Source of the DNA: a virus
IMG/VR virus record: IMGVR_UViG_3300005663_000028
Span: 115,554-179,553 of that record
DNA: 64,000 nucleotides
Reading direction: 5' to 3' (one strand)
Positions within the stretch are counted from its first letter, which is position 1; every line of letters starts with the position of its first letter. Shown here piece after piece: positions 56,630-64,000 of this stretch. A program made the position numbers and the translations under genes. Below the pieces are notes generated by a model. That model worked only from the letters and a program-made list of their open reading frames with translations, ran no database searches and was not told the origin of the DNA.

Positions 56630-57285
56630 AGTGGCTCTCCTTTGCGAATATATTTGTCAACCACTCCAACAAATACCGAATCTTTCCGATTAAATTCATC
56701 CGTGACATATCTACTAACATTGTTGACACGAACCTCTTTTCCCGATTCAACAAGACGATAAATAGAGGTTCCAGCGATCTTGTCTTGTTCTTGTGAATAC
56801 CACGCATTGTTAATACCTGATTCTGCGGTGTGGTGTTTGGGTTTCCCGTGTTGCGAAACCTGTGGTTTCGCGACACATTCGAGACATGGTTTCGTTGATC
56901 CAGGAATGATCATGGCGATTTGTTTGGTTCCTTTGCACCATCTGCAAAGTTTGGGTCCAGAGTTAACTTCTTCCTCTTCTTTTTCCCAATCATCTAATCC
57001 CAGAACTTTGCGGAAGTGTGCTCTCTGCCTGTCTTGTAGAAGTTGATCCACGTTTCCGCAAGCAGAGATCAATTGTTTTCCTCCTCGTTTGATGATTCTA
57101 TATGAGTCTTCGTCTATCCATCCCGGCCAGTCGTTGACGTTATCTGGGTTTACGCACCATGTCAACCCGGCGTCTCTGCCGTTTGGTGGGTCCACTATGA
57201 TATATGTGTTTCCGTGAATGAAAGAACCTGGCTCGTCTATTACGACAGTGTCTCCCGGTTTGGCTTTTTCTAGTTCAGAACCCAT
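56626..57285 (-). CDS. Mosaic hypothetical protein with HFRKVLGL motif
   Basis: Shares motif with 62433-62729; CRWCKG. Confidence 0.55.
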   Translation of the reverse strand: MGSELEKAKPGDTVVIDEPGSFIHGNTYIIVDPPNGRDAGLTWCVNPDNVNDWPGWIDEDSYRIIKRGGKQLISACGNVDQLLQDRQRAHFRKVLGLDDWEKEEEEVNSGPKLCRWCKGTKQIAMIIPGSTKPCLECVAKPQVSQHGKPKHHTAESGINNAWYSQEQDKIAGTSIYRLVESGKEVRVNNVSRYVTDEFNRKDSVFVGVVDKYIRKGEPL

Positions 57286-57291
57286 TAAGGT

Positions 57292-57804
57292 TTACTCCTT
57301 TAGCTCACATTGCCTATCACCATTTATGAAGCCTAACACTCCATCTTTCGTACCCACTACGTTTATGCAAAAGAAAAGTGGCTTTCCTGATATCTGCTTT
57401 TTGTTTGGTAGGCTAAACTCAATATTTGTTTCTCTAGCTAGTTTGAGATATGAATAACCTTGAAAGATGAAAATAGAACCTGGGGGGATTTCATAAAACT
57501 CGATCTGATTACATGGGAATGGATGGGGCATTTTGATTGTAGAGACACCGTACTCAAGGATTGGGAAATCACTCTCCATGATTTCATCTTCCATTTTGAA
57601 CGCAAGCTTCCACGCCTCATTTATGTCGGTGAACACTTCGCACTTCCCAAACAAGCGATTTACCCAATCCATATTGAAGAATGGAGGCCCCATATCATCA
57701 GGAAGGTCTGGGTTGTAGTTAATGTTTTCAATTGCCATCGCATGGGCAACCCGATATTCCGGCCCCGCTGATTCGAGGACGTAGATTCCATTGTCAGCAC
57801 TCAT
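57292..57804 (-). CDS. Hypothetical protein
   Basis: MSADNGIYVL start; SD present. Confidence 0.55.
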   Translation of the reverse strand: MSADNGIYVLESAGPEYRVAHAMAIENINYNPDLPDDMGPPFFNMDWVNRLFGKCEVFTDINEAWKLAFKMEDEIMESDFPILEYGVSTIKMPHPFPCNQIEFYEIPPGSIFIFQGYSYLKLARETNIEFSLPNKKQISGKPLFFCINVVGTKDGVLGFINGDRQCELKE

Positions 57805-57819
57805 GCTTGCTCCTTTTCT

Positions 57820-58242
57820 TTATGAGCCCCACAAAATAGCCCAGATGCCAAATTCATTGTCATCCCAAAGACCAATTTTTTCTAACCCCCGTTCCATCCT
57901 CTTTCTGACATCCGAAGCGGGTAAGTGTATTAGTTGCGATGGTTTCTCACAATCATTAGCTACTTCAGAGACTGCTCCAGGACCAGCGACAGTAATGAAA
58001 TCCTCCCACTCGATATCGAACACTCGGAAGGTACACAGAGTATTCATATCACGGTTGTATTCAGGGATTGTTTTATGTAGAGTCACCCACAGCGGTTTAC
58101 CACATTTGGCGCAGAATTCGTCATCCTTAATCCGGGATTCTGGTATGTTGTGTTCACATTCCCTAACTTTTTCTGTCAGGAAGATTTTGGATTTAGGAAT
58201 TCGACATCCGACCACAGCGGCTGCGTGGTATGTTGTGCTCAT
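57820..58242 (-). CDS. Hypothetical protein
   Basis: CEH...FCAKCG. Confidence 0.55.
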   Translation of the reverse strand: MSTTYHAAAVVGCRIPKSKIFLTEKVRECEHNIPESRIKDDEFCAKCGKPLWVTLHKTIPEYNRDMNTLCTFRVFDIEWEDFITVAGPGAVSEVANDCEKPSQLIHLPASDVRKRMERGLEKIGLWDDNEFGIWAILWGS

Positions 58243-58404
58243 TCTTATTCTCTCTTTTTATCACATAGATGAGGAAACGGTAGCATTCCGGAACATCAGA
58301 CACCAGAATGCCAGACACAAAAAGATGATTACTGCTGCTGTTGCGAATCTCCACGCCATTGACATGGTATTTCCTCTCCGAGAGAAATCCCAGGAGCTTT
58401 GCCC

Positions 58405-58776
58405 CTAGGTATTTTCTGTCTCAATTACGCCGTTATTATTACAGGTCCAGGCATAGACACGACAAGGACCATTGTAGTCATTGTCCTCTGGCATATCGTC
58501 ACCTTTGATTTGGTTGAAAACATCCCAGCATTCATCTTCTGAGTCACACAGGACTATCATTAACCCATCGGCAACGGCTTGGTCATCACCTTCGCAAGTG
58601 CAATTAACGAGACAATCCACCCCATGGACATCGTTTACGACAAGAAACGGAACAGCTTTTCGTAGCTCATCAAAACTATGATTTATGTCGGGGTCTGGGA
58701 ACAAAACAACGGCCCACTTACCAGAGAGTTTGCAATAATGTTGAACCAAATCTGTCAGTGTCAATTTTTTCATCAA
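58405..58776 (-). CDS. Hypothetical acidic protein
   Basis: SD-preceded ORF. Confidence 0.55.
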   Translation of the reverse strand: MMKKLTLTDLVQHYCKLSGKWAVVLFPDPDINHSFDELRKAVPFLVVNDVHGVDCLVNCTCEGDDQAVADGLMIVLCDSEDECWDVFNQIKGDDMPEDNDYNGPCRVYAWTCNNNGVIETENT

Positions 58777-58865
58777 TACTTCTCCTTGACTTCAGACCAG
58801 TTGTCAAGAACTACTATGGCTGCTTCTTGTGTTTGCGACATTTCAATACTTCACTTCTTTCCCAG

Positions 58866-59099
58866 TTAGTCCCAGTCGTAACTACACTGTTCCGTTCGCT
58901 TACCCTGTCGACACCATCTCTCATAATCCCAGCTATAGATAGCCATTTCACCATCAGGTGTCATTCCGCATGTTTGCCCACCCATCCACTCATGAAAATC
59001 CTTAGCTTCTTGTTCTGTGTGGGCTTTTTTGACCATCTCAGATGTGACATAGTAGAATTCACCCTCTTCATGGTAGATAAATTCGTTCTTTTGAATCAT
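58866..59099 (-). CDS. Hypothetical protein
   Basis: WMGGQTC...YSWDYERW. Confidence 0.55.
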   Translation of the reverse strand: MIQKNEFIYHEEGEFYYVTSEMVKKAHTEQEAKDFHEWMGGQTCGMTPDGEMAIYSWDYERWCRQGKRTEQCSYDWD

Positions 59100-59123
59100 T
59101 TTGATCTTCCCTTTTCTGTCTGG

Positions 59124-59327
59124 CTAATCATTAAAATGAACACTGCCACGACACTTACCCATGCGGGTAATTCCCACAAATCTTAAAGATTTGCATATTC
59201 TATCTATGTTACCCCTTGGCCCATCTGGGCTTCCTCCCACACACTCTAATACCTGGAGCAAAACACTAGCTTCTTGTTGTGTCAGTTCCAGGGTAACTGG
59301 TTCTCTTGTTATACTAGCTTTAGCCAT
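59124..59327 (-). CDS. Hypothetical protein
   Basis: Start moved to ATG 59327 after AGGAG. Confidence 0.5.
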   Translation of the reverse strand: MAKASITREPVTLELTQQEASVLLQVLECVGGSPDGPRGNIDRICKSLRFVGITRMGKCRGSVHFND

Positions 59328-59357
59328 TTCAATCTCCTTTTTTGTTTTGCTTCTGAC

Positions 59358-59431
59358 TAGGGCGAGTGGGATTCGAACCCACAAACTATTGAGTTTTAAA
59401 CCCAATGCCTCTGCCGTTGGGCCACCGCCCC
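59358..59431 (-). tRNA. tRNA-Leu(TAA) with 6-nt variable region
   Basis: GGGGCGG/TCGCCCT acceptor, A73, 3-bp Leu-type D stem, TTGGG-TTTAAAA-CTCAA. Confidence 0.85.
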
Positions 59432-59607
59432 TAATCTGGGTAATTTTCCCTAAAGGCTTTGCGAAGCTCTATGAGCCACATAGCCCTCTGTAGGCCACAG
59501 CAGCTTGCCAACTGCTCTCTGTTCATATCCATATGACCATGTTCTCCGATGTACTGACAGTCCGCTATGAGCCCTTCAATGGCCTCTCTGAGTCGATCGT
59601 TCATGTC

Positions 59608-59841
59608 TCAGTTCCTTTTATTAGCAATAAGCCTGTCAATCCATCCTTTTCTACCTGCTAAGGGATTCAAAAGGTCGTACTTACACCCTTTTACCCAATC
59701 CCCGTCCACAAAAGCCGCGTAACACAAAGTTGCCACGCCCGGTTCTTTCGGTGTTGCGCCGTCTGGTTCTTTGTTCAGGATGTAGTTTGAAGTGGCACTG
59801 CTAGTTAGACGGCCACAGTTAGTGCATTTGATTGATGCCAT
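59608..59841 (-). CDS. Hypothetical protein
   Basis: SD-preceded ORF; CTNCG. Confidence 0.5.
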   Translation of the reverse strand: MASIKCTNCGRLTSSATSNYILNKEPDGATPKEPGVATLCYAAFVDGDWVKGCKYDLLNPLAGRKGWIDRLIANKRN

Positions 59842-59873
59842 GTTGCTTTTATCTCCTATATATCAAAAGGAAA

Positions 59874-59950
59874 GCCCCGCAACCAGTTGCACCAATCGTT
59901 GTGGAGTACTATACCACAAGCCTCTGGTTATCCGCAACTGACTACGGGGC
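59874..59950 (-). other. 77-nt bulged hairpin (terminator, attenuator or small RNA)
   Basis: GCCCCG/CGGGGC, CAGTTGC/GCAACTG, ACCA/TGGT, TTGTGG/CCACAA stacked stems; followed by TTTCCTTTT. Confidence 0.5.
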
Positions 59951-60002
59951 CTATTGTCCCCCGGACATCCCGCACCTAAGCTCCCTTCGATGCGGTCCCC
60001 TA

Positions 60003-60377
60003 CTATCCTAGAATCCGTTGAACCACAATGGTTGTCGGTTGTAGTGCGTCCATGTAGTACGCAATGCTGTTAACAAGGCACACAATGGTCGATCCTACGA
60101 CTATAAGGGTGCCGAATATTCCGCCCACTATCCGAATAATGGACCCGTCTTCCTTTTGGCGACACCTCTTTGCCAGATTGAAGCAGCCCCAAAACAGAGC
60201 CACCCCAAGAGCCACAAAGAGTGGCCATACCGCGAGACACGTCCAAGCTGCGAACGTGTTACTCCGCACTACCTCCTCTATCATCGTCTCGGCTACTGGC
60301 AATATCCGCTCTGCTGCCATGCCCACCTTATCCGCCAGACTGTCCACAATCACACTAACATCGTTCACATCCATCAC
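60003..60377 (-). CDS. Membrane protein
   Basis: Two TM segments; GGAG SD. Confidence 0.55.
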   Translation of the reverse strand: MMDVNDVSVIVDSLADKVGMAAERILPVAETMIEEVVRSNTFAAWTCLAVWPLFVALGVALFWGCFNLAKRCRQKEDGSIIRIVGGIFGTLIVVGSTIVCLVNSIAYYMDALQPTTIVVQRILG

Positions 60378-60653
60378 TCAATCCTCCAAAATGGGTTTTC
60401 TACTATCTGAATCGGTCCCCCCGGACCTAGCTACCTTAGTGACGCCTTGACGTAGTCCATGTGTTCTGGTTTAACGTCAATCTGCCAATAATTATCCGGT
60501 AGTGGCATGGCCAGAAACCAAGCAGATCGCTCAATCAGTCTAGCCACCACTCCATGAACTTTGTGCCCTGGTACGTGAATCCACTCGGCTTCTGTTGTCT
60601 CCATCGTCTCACCCTCCTACCTGATTGATTGTCTCGTTTCCTTTACACTACCC

Positions 60654-60963
60654 TCAGATTCTGTTCAGTCTGCTGATAAGGCGTAGTTCGTTCCATTCCC
60701 TATTCTTTTCCGCTTCGTGCCTAAGCCGCAACGCCTCAATGTGAGCGTCACCCCATGCTTGGCAATCAATCGCAAACGCTCCCCAGTCTGCCCCACCGAT
60801 CTCACTCGCTCTGCCCCCCCATGGCTACCAAGTCGCCAGCCCCGTTGAACGAGAACGACCCGCTACCCTCAACCGTTGAGCATGGCCAACGCTCCGACCA
60901 CTCGGCCGCATCACGCTCACTGTACGTTACTGTGAATCCATCACCATTATCATACGTTCTCAT
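60654..60963 (-). pseudogene. Gene frameshifted at a G7 tract
   Basis: 310 nt (3n+1); deleting one G at 60814-60820 joins MRTYDNG...GDLVAMG to ...GADWGAFAIDCQAWG...RI*. Confidence 0.55.
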
Positions 60964-61036
60964 TTGGATTTCTCTCTTTGAATGGGGTGTTTTACGTACG
61001 GGGTAAGCAAGACAGGAACTAGGGGCGGCGGTGCAG

Positions 61037-61180
61037 CTACTCTCCTGTATTGATTGTAACTCCATCAGCGTCACACTCAACCGTTTCTATGGCGAGAGGT
61101 CCACAATCAAAACAGTCCACATCAACTTCGGCATCACTCGGATGCTTTGCGAGTTCGTCCATAAGTTCTTTTACTTTCAT
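61037..61180 (-). CDS. Small acidic hypothetical protein
   Basis: AGGAG SD; MKVKELMDELAKHPSDAEV. Confidence 0.55.
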   Translation of the reverse strand: MKVKELMDELAKHPSDAEVDVDCFDCGPLAIETVECDADGVTINTGE

Positions 61181-61199
61181 AGTTTTCTCCTTGTTAAAA

Positions 61200-61303
61200 C
61201 GGAACTGGGAGGATTCGAACCTCCAACACCAGGAAATGAACAACCTCTACCCTGCCTCTACCCAAGTTCACGTCCCTTTCTCTGCCAATTGAGTTACAGT
61301 TCC
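61200..61303 (-). ncRNA. tRNA-like RNA with 37-nt anticodon-loop region
   Basis: Perfect GGAACTG/CAGTTCC acceptor, D arm, canonical T arm, AGGGA/TTCCT anticodon stem enclosing 37 nt. Confidence 0.7.
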
Positions 61304-61307
61304 ATAG

Positions 61308-61340
61308 AAAAAGGGGTCGGGTGTTACCACCCGACCCCCT
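61308..61340 (-). terminator. Intrinsic terminator
   Basis: GGGGTCGGGTG-GTAA-CACCCGACCCC then T-run on minus strand. Confidence 0.7.
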
Positions 61341-61347
61341 CGGAAAG

Positions 61348-61557
61348 GAGCCGTATGATCCACAAATGGACCATACATCGTCAACAACAAAAAGAGATCG
61401 AGCGGGGCACTGACCGCCCATGGGGTGATATCCCCAACCCGCCCGATCTCAAAGAAGAGCCGAAGGTAGTCGAGCTTCAAAATTATAACTACCGAACTCG
61501 TGCTCGACGACAAAGTAGGTTAACCGTCGACACCTACAATGCCCCCTATTACGGCTC
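61348..61557 (-). ncRNA. Candidate structured ncRNA (about 210 nt)
   Basis: Closed by GAGCCGTA/TACGGCTC; several long internal helices; bounded by tRNA-Tyr and a terminator. Confidence 0.5.
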
Positions 61558-61565
61558 AGACGGTA

Positions 61566-61637
61566 TGAGGCTACCAGGGGTCGAACCTGGATTACGAGGG
61601 TTACAGCCCCGCATTCTACCAATTGAACTATAGCCTC
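61566..61637 (-). tRNA. tRNA-Tyr(GTA) with 4-nt variable loop
   Basis: GAGGCTA/TAGCCTC, A73, CGGGG-CTGTAAC-CCTCG, T arm CCAGG-TTCGACC-CCTGG. Confidence 0.88.
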
Positions 61638-61652
61638 AAAAGGAGTTGGGTA

Positions 61653-61874
61653 TTACCCATCTACCACACCCCTTAAGTGCCTTTCGGCATCATCCAAACT
61701 CCTGCCTAGGTCTGTTAGGGTAGCACGACCTACTGGTAGCACATGGTTTGGTTTTGTGTAGTCCAACAGTTCCAAATCTCCTCTCAATTCCCTCTGGATT
61801 TCCTGTACTTTGGGCAACAACTTTTTCGCGATACCGTCTATTGTTACCCTTTGTTCTGTTTTGTTTTTCATCAC
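61653..61874 (-). CDS. Hypothetical protein
   Basis: GGAGG SD. Confidence 0.55.
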   Translation of the reverse strand: MMKNKTEQRVTIDGIAKKLLPKVQEIQRELRGDLELLDYTKPNHVLPVGRATLTDLGRSLDDAERHLRGVVDG

Positions 61875-61898
61875 ACCTCCTTATGCCAGGATACCCAC

Positions 61899-62231
61899 CT
61901 AATCACTCGCCACTTTCAGTCCGAGTTTCTCAGCTATAAACCATTCGTCGTCTCTTGCAGGTCCAAGTCCGAGAGTGATACTATACCCCTCCACTCTTAC
62001 TCGACCATCCAGTATTTTGACAAATGCGGCGCTTACAGCATTCCCTGATACAACTGCTGTTTCGTGATCACGCACATCCCAAGCCAATGCGTTTGCGAAA
62101 AAGAATGTGTCTTCCTCAAGCCTGACGTATTTTAGATATGGTTGACATTTTCCTTCACCGTTGTTGTTCCACCCATTAACAAACCACTTGGTTTGGTGTG
62201 TGTTCATCCAACACTCTGGTCTAGATGTCAT
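61899..62231 (-). CDS. Hypothetical protein
   Basis: SD-preceded ORF. Confidence 0.55.
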   Translation of the reverse strand: MTSRPECWMNTHQTKWFVNGWNNNGEGKCQPYLKYVRLEEDTFFFANALAWDVRDHETAVVSGNAVSAAFVKILDGRVRVEGYSITLGLGPARDDEWFIAEKLGLKVASD

Positions 62232-62245
62232 AGCACCTTACTCCC

Positions 62246-62581
62246 TTAATCATTCTTGGGTAGATCAGGCAAAGGCCACCGTTTCAGTTGTCCACGATAA
62301 GGCGTACCCGTTTGTTCCAAATACGCTTCACGCCACTCTTTTCGCGATGCGTTTCTTTGTCTGGTCTGGTTGTTTCGATGACCCTTCGGGTTCTCTTTTT
62401 TCTTTTGATCGCTCATTATAGCTTCCTTTCTCTTACCAGGGGTCCAAACCCAAAACTTTTCGGAAGTGTTTTGTTTGCTGATCGCGGAGTTTTTGATCGA
62501 CGTCGGCGGGCATTGTATCCGTTTTTTGTCCATTGGCTCGGAGGACGATTCTGTAACTATGCAAACCGATACTCGATTCAC
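62246..62581 (-). CDS. Small basic hypothetical protein (true start probably MSDQKK)
   Basis: AGGAAG SD before MSDQ. Confidence 0.45.
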   Translation of the reverse strand: MNRVSVCIVTESSSEPMDKKRIQCPPTSIKNSAISKQNTSEKFWVWTPGKRKEAIMSDQKKKENPKGHRNNQTRQRNASRKEWREAYLEQTGTPYRGQLKRWPLPDLPKND

Positions 62582-62729
62582 CCCGTAAGACTCCTTTCAT
62601 CCAAACTCGCCCACATTCTTTTTCGTCAAGCCGTAACACTACTACTTCCATGTCGTAACTGGCACAAATTTTATTTGTAACCAGTATAGTATCTCCCACC
62701 TTTGCGTGTTCTTTGTTGACCGTACTCAT
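62433..62729 (-). CDS. Hypothetical protein with HFRKVLGL C-terminus
   Basis: Shares motif with 56626-57285. Confidence 0.55.
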   Translation of the reverse strand: MSTVNKEHAKVGDTILVTNKICASYDMEVVVLRLDEKECGRVWMKGVLRGESSIGLHSYRIVLRANGQKTDTMPADVDQKLRDQQTKHFRKVLGLDPW

Positions 62730-62763
62730 AATCTTGCCCCAACGGATAAAGAACAGCGGGTTG

Positions 62764-62928
62764 CTAATCCCTTTTCGTAGACCCAGGACCGGCTTGTCTC
62801 TCTGTATTACAGATAGTACAGCGATAAGAGACTGTTCCGCCAGACTCCTTCATTTCGTTGTGAACTCGCTTATCTGTTCCATAAAGACGATCCTGCGCCG
62901 TGTGCTTACAGGTGCATTTGAGAATCAT
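62764..62928 (-). CDS. Small Zn-ribbon-like phage protein (last phage gene)
   Basis: AAAGGAA SD; MILKCTCKH..QD..YG...RCTIC. Confidence 0.6.
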   Translation of the reverse strand: MILKCTCKHTAQDRLYGTDKRVHNEMKESGGTVSYRCTICNTERQAGPGSTKRD

Positions 62929-62941
62929 TGTTGGTTCCTTT

Positions 62942-63511
62942 CTGTTGGTGTGTGTGGGGGTAGCAGGACATATGTTGGTGTCAGAACACATCTTTGTTCA
63001 GTATCAAGTTTATAAGCAAGATTCAATCCTCCGGATAGACCCTGCTAGAATTGCTGCTCAGGTCGTAACAGGGATAGGTTTTCTGGGTGCAGGTACTATT
63101 ATGAGGTTTAAGGGTAGTGTGAGGGGATTAACCACAGCAGCGTCTCTCTGGGTTGTAGCAGGTATTGGCCTGGCAATAGGTAGCGGATTTATTATACCCG
63201 CTATCTTCACAGCCTTTATTGCGATTATGACCTTAATTTTACTTCCAAAAGTTGAAAGTGAAATTAAGAAAGATAAATATATAACAATGAAAATGTTAAT
63301 TGCTGGTCAGGAACATTTTCTGGACAACATAAGAAGTGTTCTGGAAAGATATTCTCTAAAATTACAAACTTATAAATTTGAAAGGGACTTCCAAAAAAAT
63401 GAGATTATGTATGACATAAACGTTAAGTATAAGGATGAAGAGATGTTAATGCTTGCTTCGAACGAAATGACAAAAACAATCAGGGATATAAAAAAATTAG
63501 GCTGGGAATAA
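62942..63511 (+). pseudogene. mgtC: MgtC/SapB family protein, 5'-truncated at the phage junction
   Basis: DPARIAAQVVTGIGFLGAG, VRGLTTAASLW, C-terminal ACT-like domain; first TM helix and the ERE..AGLRTH motif are missing. Confidence 0.8.
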
Positions 63512-63544
63512 TTCTTACTATAAATGAGGAGGTGCTAAATTACT

Positions 63545-64000
63545 ATGAAAAAAATTCTTATATTTCTTATTTTTTGTATTATACCTTCATTTCTCTTACT
63601 GGGTGCTTCAAATCCAGAACAGGTTCTTAAAAAACTTGATTCTATAGAAAAGACTATTTCTGATCTATCATTCAGAATTCTTGCCCTAGAGAAAAGGATT
63701 ATCTCACTTGAAGAAAAATTCTTGCTGGAGAGGTCTGAGACAGAAGCACAATTCAAAAGGATTCCTGATGTTTTCAAACAGTCTGATGAAGATTTTTCAA
63801 TAGTGAACGTTACTTACGAAACTCATTATAATGATACAATTTTTAAAGGTAACATTATAAATAAGTCAAATAAAGATTACAAATATGCACTCTTTAAAAT
63901 AAGTGTCTATGACAAAAAGGGTGCTGTCTTGGCAAGTAACGATTTCTACATATTGAATATGGACAGGGGGACAAGAAGGTCGTTTGAAGCAACAATGGGT
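63545..64000 (+). CDS. Secreted coiled-coil plus FxLYD-like domain protein (runs off window)
   Basis: GAGGAGGTG SD; signal peptide MKKILIFLIF; GNIINKSNKDYKYALFKISVYDKKG pattern. Confidence 0.65.
   Translation, partial: MKKILIFLIFCIIPSFLLLGASNPEQVLKKLDSIEKTISDLSFRILALEKRIISLEEKFLLERSETEAQFKRIPDVFKQSDEDFSIVNVTYETHYNDTIFKGNIINKSNKDYKYALFKISVYDKKGAVLASNDFYILNMDRGTRRSFEATMG

Larger units (their letters stand above)
1..62942 (-). mobile_element. Large bacteriophage or prophage segment (replication plus accessory region)
   Basis: Unidirectional tiled small ORFs, phage replication and nucleotide genes, HNH genes, intein, tRNAs, RNA ligase. Confidence 0.88.

Noticed and set aside
61200-61303. tRNA-Sec, or an archaeal or group I intron-containing tRNA
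   Set aside because: The acceptor is 7 bp, the variable arm is short and there is no TCA anticodon. There is no bulge-helix-bulge motif, and 30 nt is too short for a group I intron.
61523-61546. tmRNA-like 5' end (GGGGGCA-TTGTAGG-TGTCGAC-GG has the tmRNA GG and TCGAC spacing)
   Set aside because: No matching T arm or acceptor 3' strand with G3:U70, either downstream or in permuted order. The supposed D-loop is instead paired in a GTAGGT/ACCTAC hairpin. No convincing tag ORF.
61031-61633. 200-aa plus-strand ORF with an apparent SD
   Set aside because: It is antisense to two tRNA-shaped genes and a structured RNA, and lacks recognisable motifs.
51298-61637. HDV-like (theta) ribozymes at tRNA 3' ends
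   Set aside because: The trailers lead straight into SD sequences or lack the nested P1/P2/P3 pattern.
323-62680. Numerous plus-strand and nested ORFs in the track (e.g. 9557-10042, 57791-58408)
   Set aside because: They are antisense shadows of well-supported minus-strand genes. Only 39870, 40122, 43727 and the host genes are supported on the plus strand.
1-62942. Alternative genetic code (stop-codon reassignment)
   Set aside because: Conserved genes are full-length under code 11, and no suppressor tRNA is present.

Overview
About 62.9 kb of the window is one densely packed, almost entirely minus-strand gene set from a large dsDNA bacteriophage or prophage. No capsid, tail or terminase gene is recognisable. 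Positions 1-26 kb are the replication and nucleotide-metabolism core: DUF5664, primase, DnaB, dCMP deaminase, RecA, RNase H, PD-(D/E)XK nucleases, class II RNR, an HD protein, a sigma factor, ClpP, a Xer recombinase, intein-containing ThyX, BrxL and HNH endonucleases. Positions 26-62.9 kb are accessory or early genes: peptide deformylase, a histone-fold candidate, a DUF2997/DUF1257/DUF3150/Ycf46-type AAA+ module, an HNH-GuaC/IMPDH fusion, a complete Ubl-E2-JAB-E1 module, RNA ligase and kinase, four tRNAs, a tRNA-like RNA with an enlarged anticodon arm, a candidate structured ncRNA and many small hypotheticals. Several families suggest a Planctomycetota-type host (inference). At about 62,942-62,975 the sequence switches abruptly to AT-richer, plus-strand bacterial genes (5'-truncated mgtC, then an FxLYD-type protein). 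This is either a prophage attachment site or an assembly chimera. The strongest leads are the phage-borne ubiquitin-like system, two HNH insertions that left the old gene start behind and supplied a replacement start, the histone-fold gene, the unusual RNAs, and a shared promoter/operator motif. All family calls come from reading motifs by eye; no database search was run.
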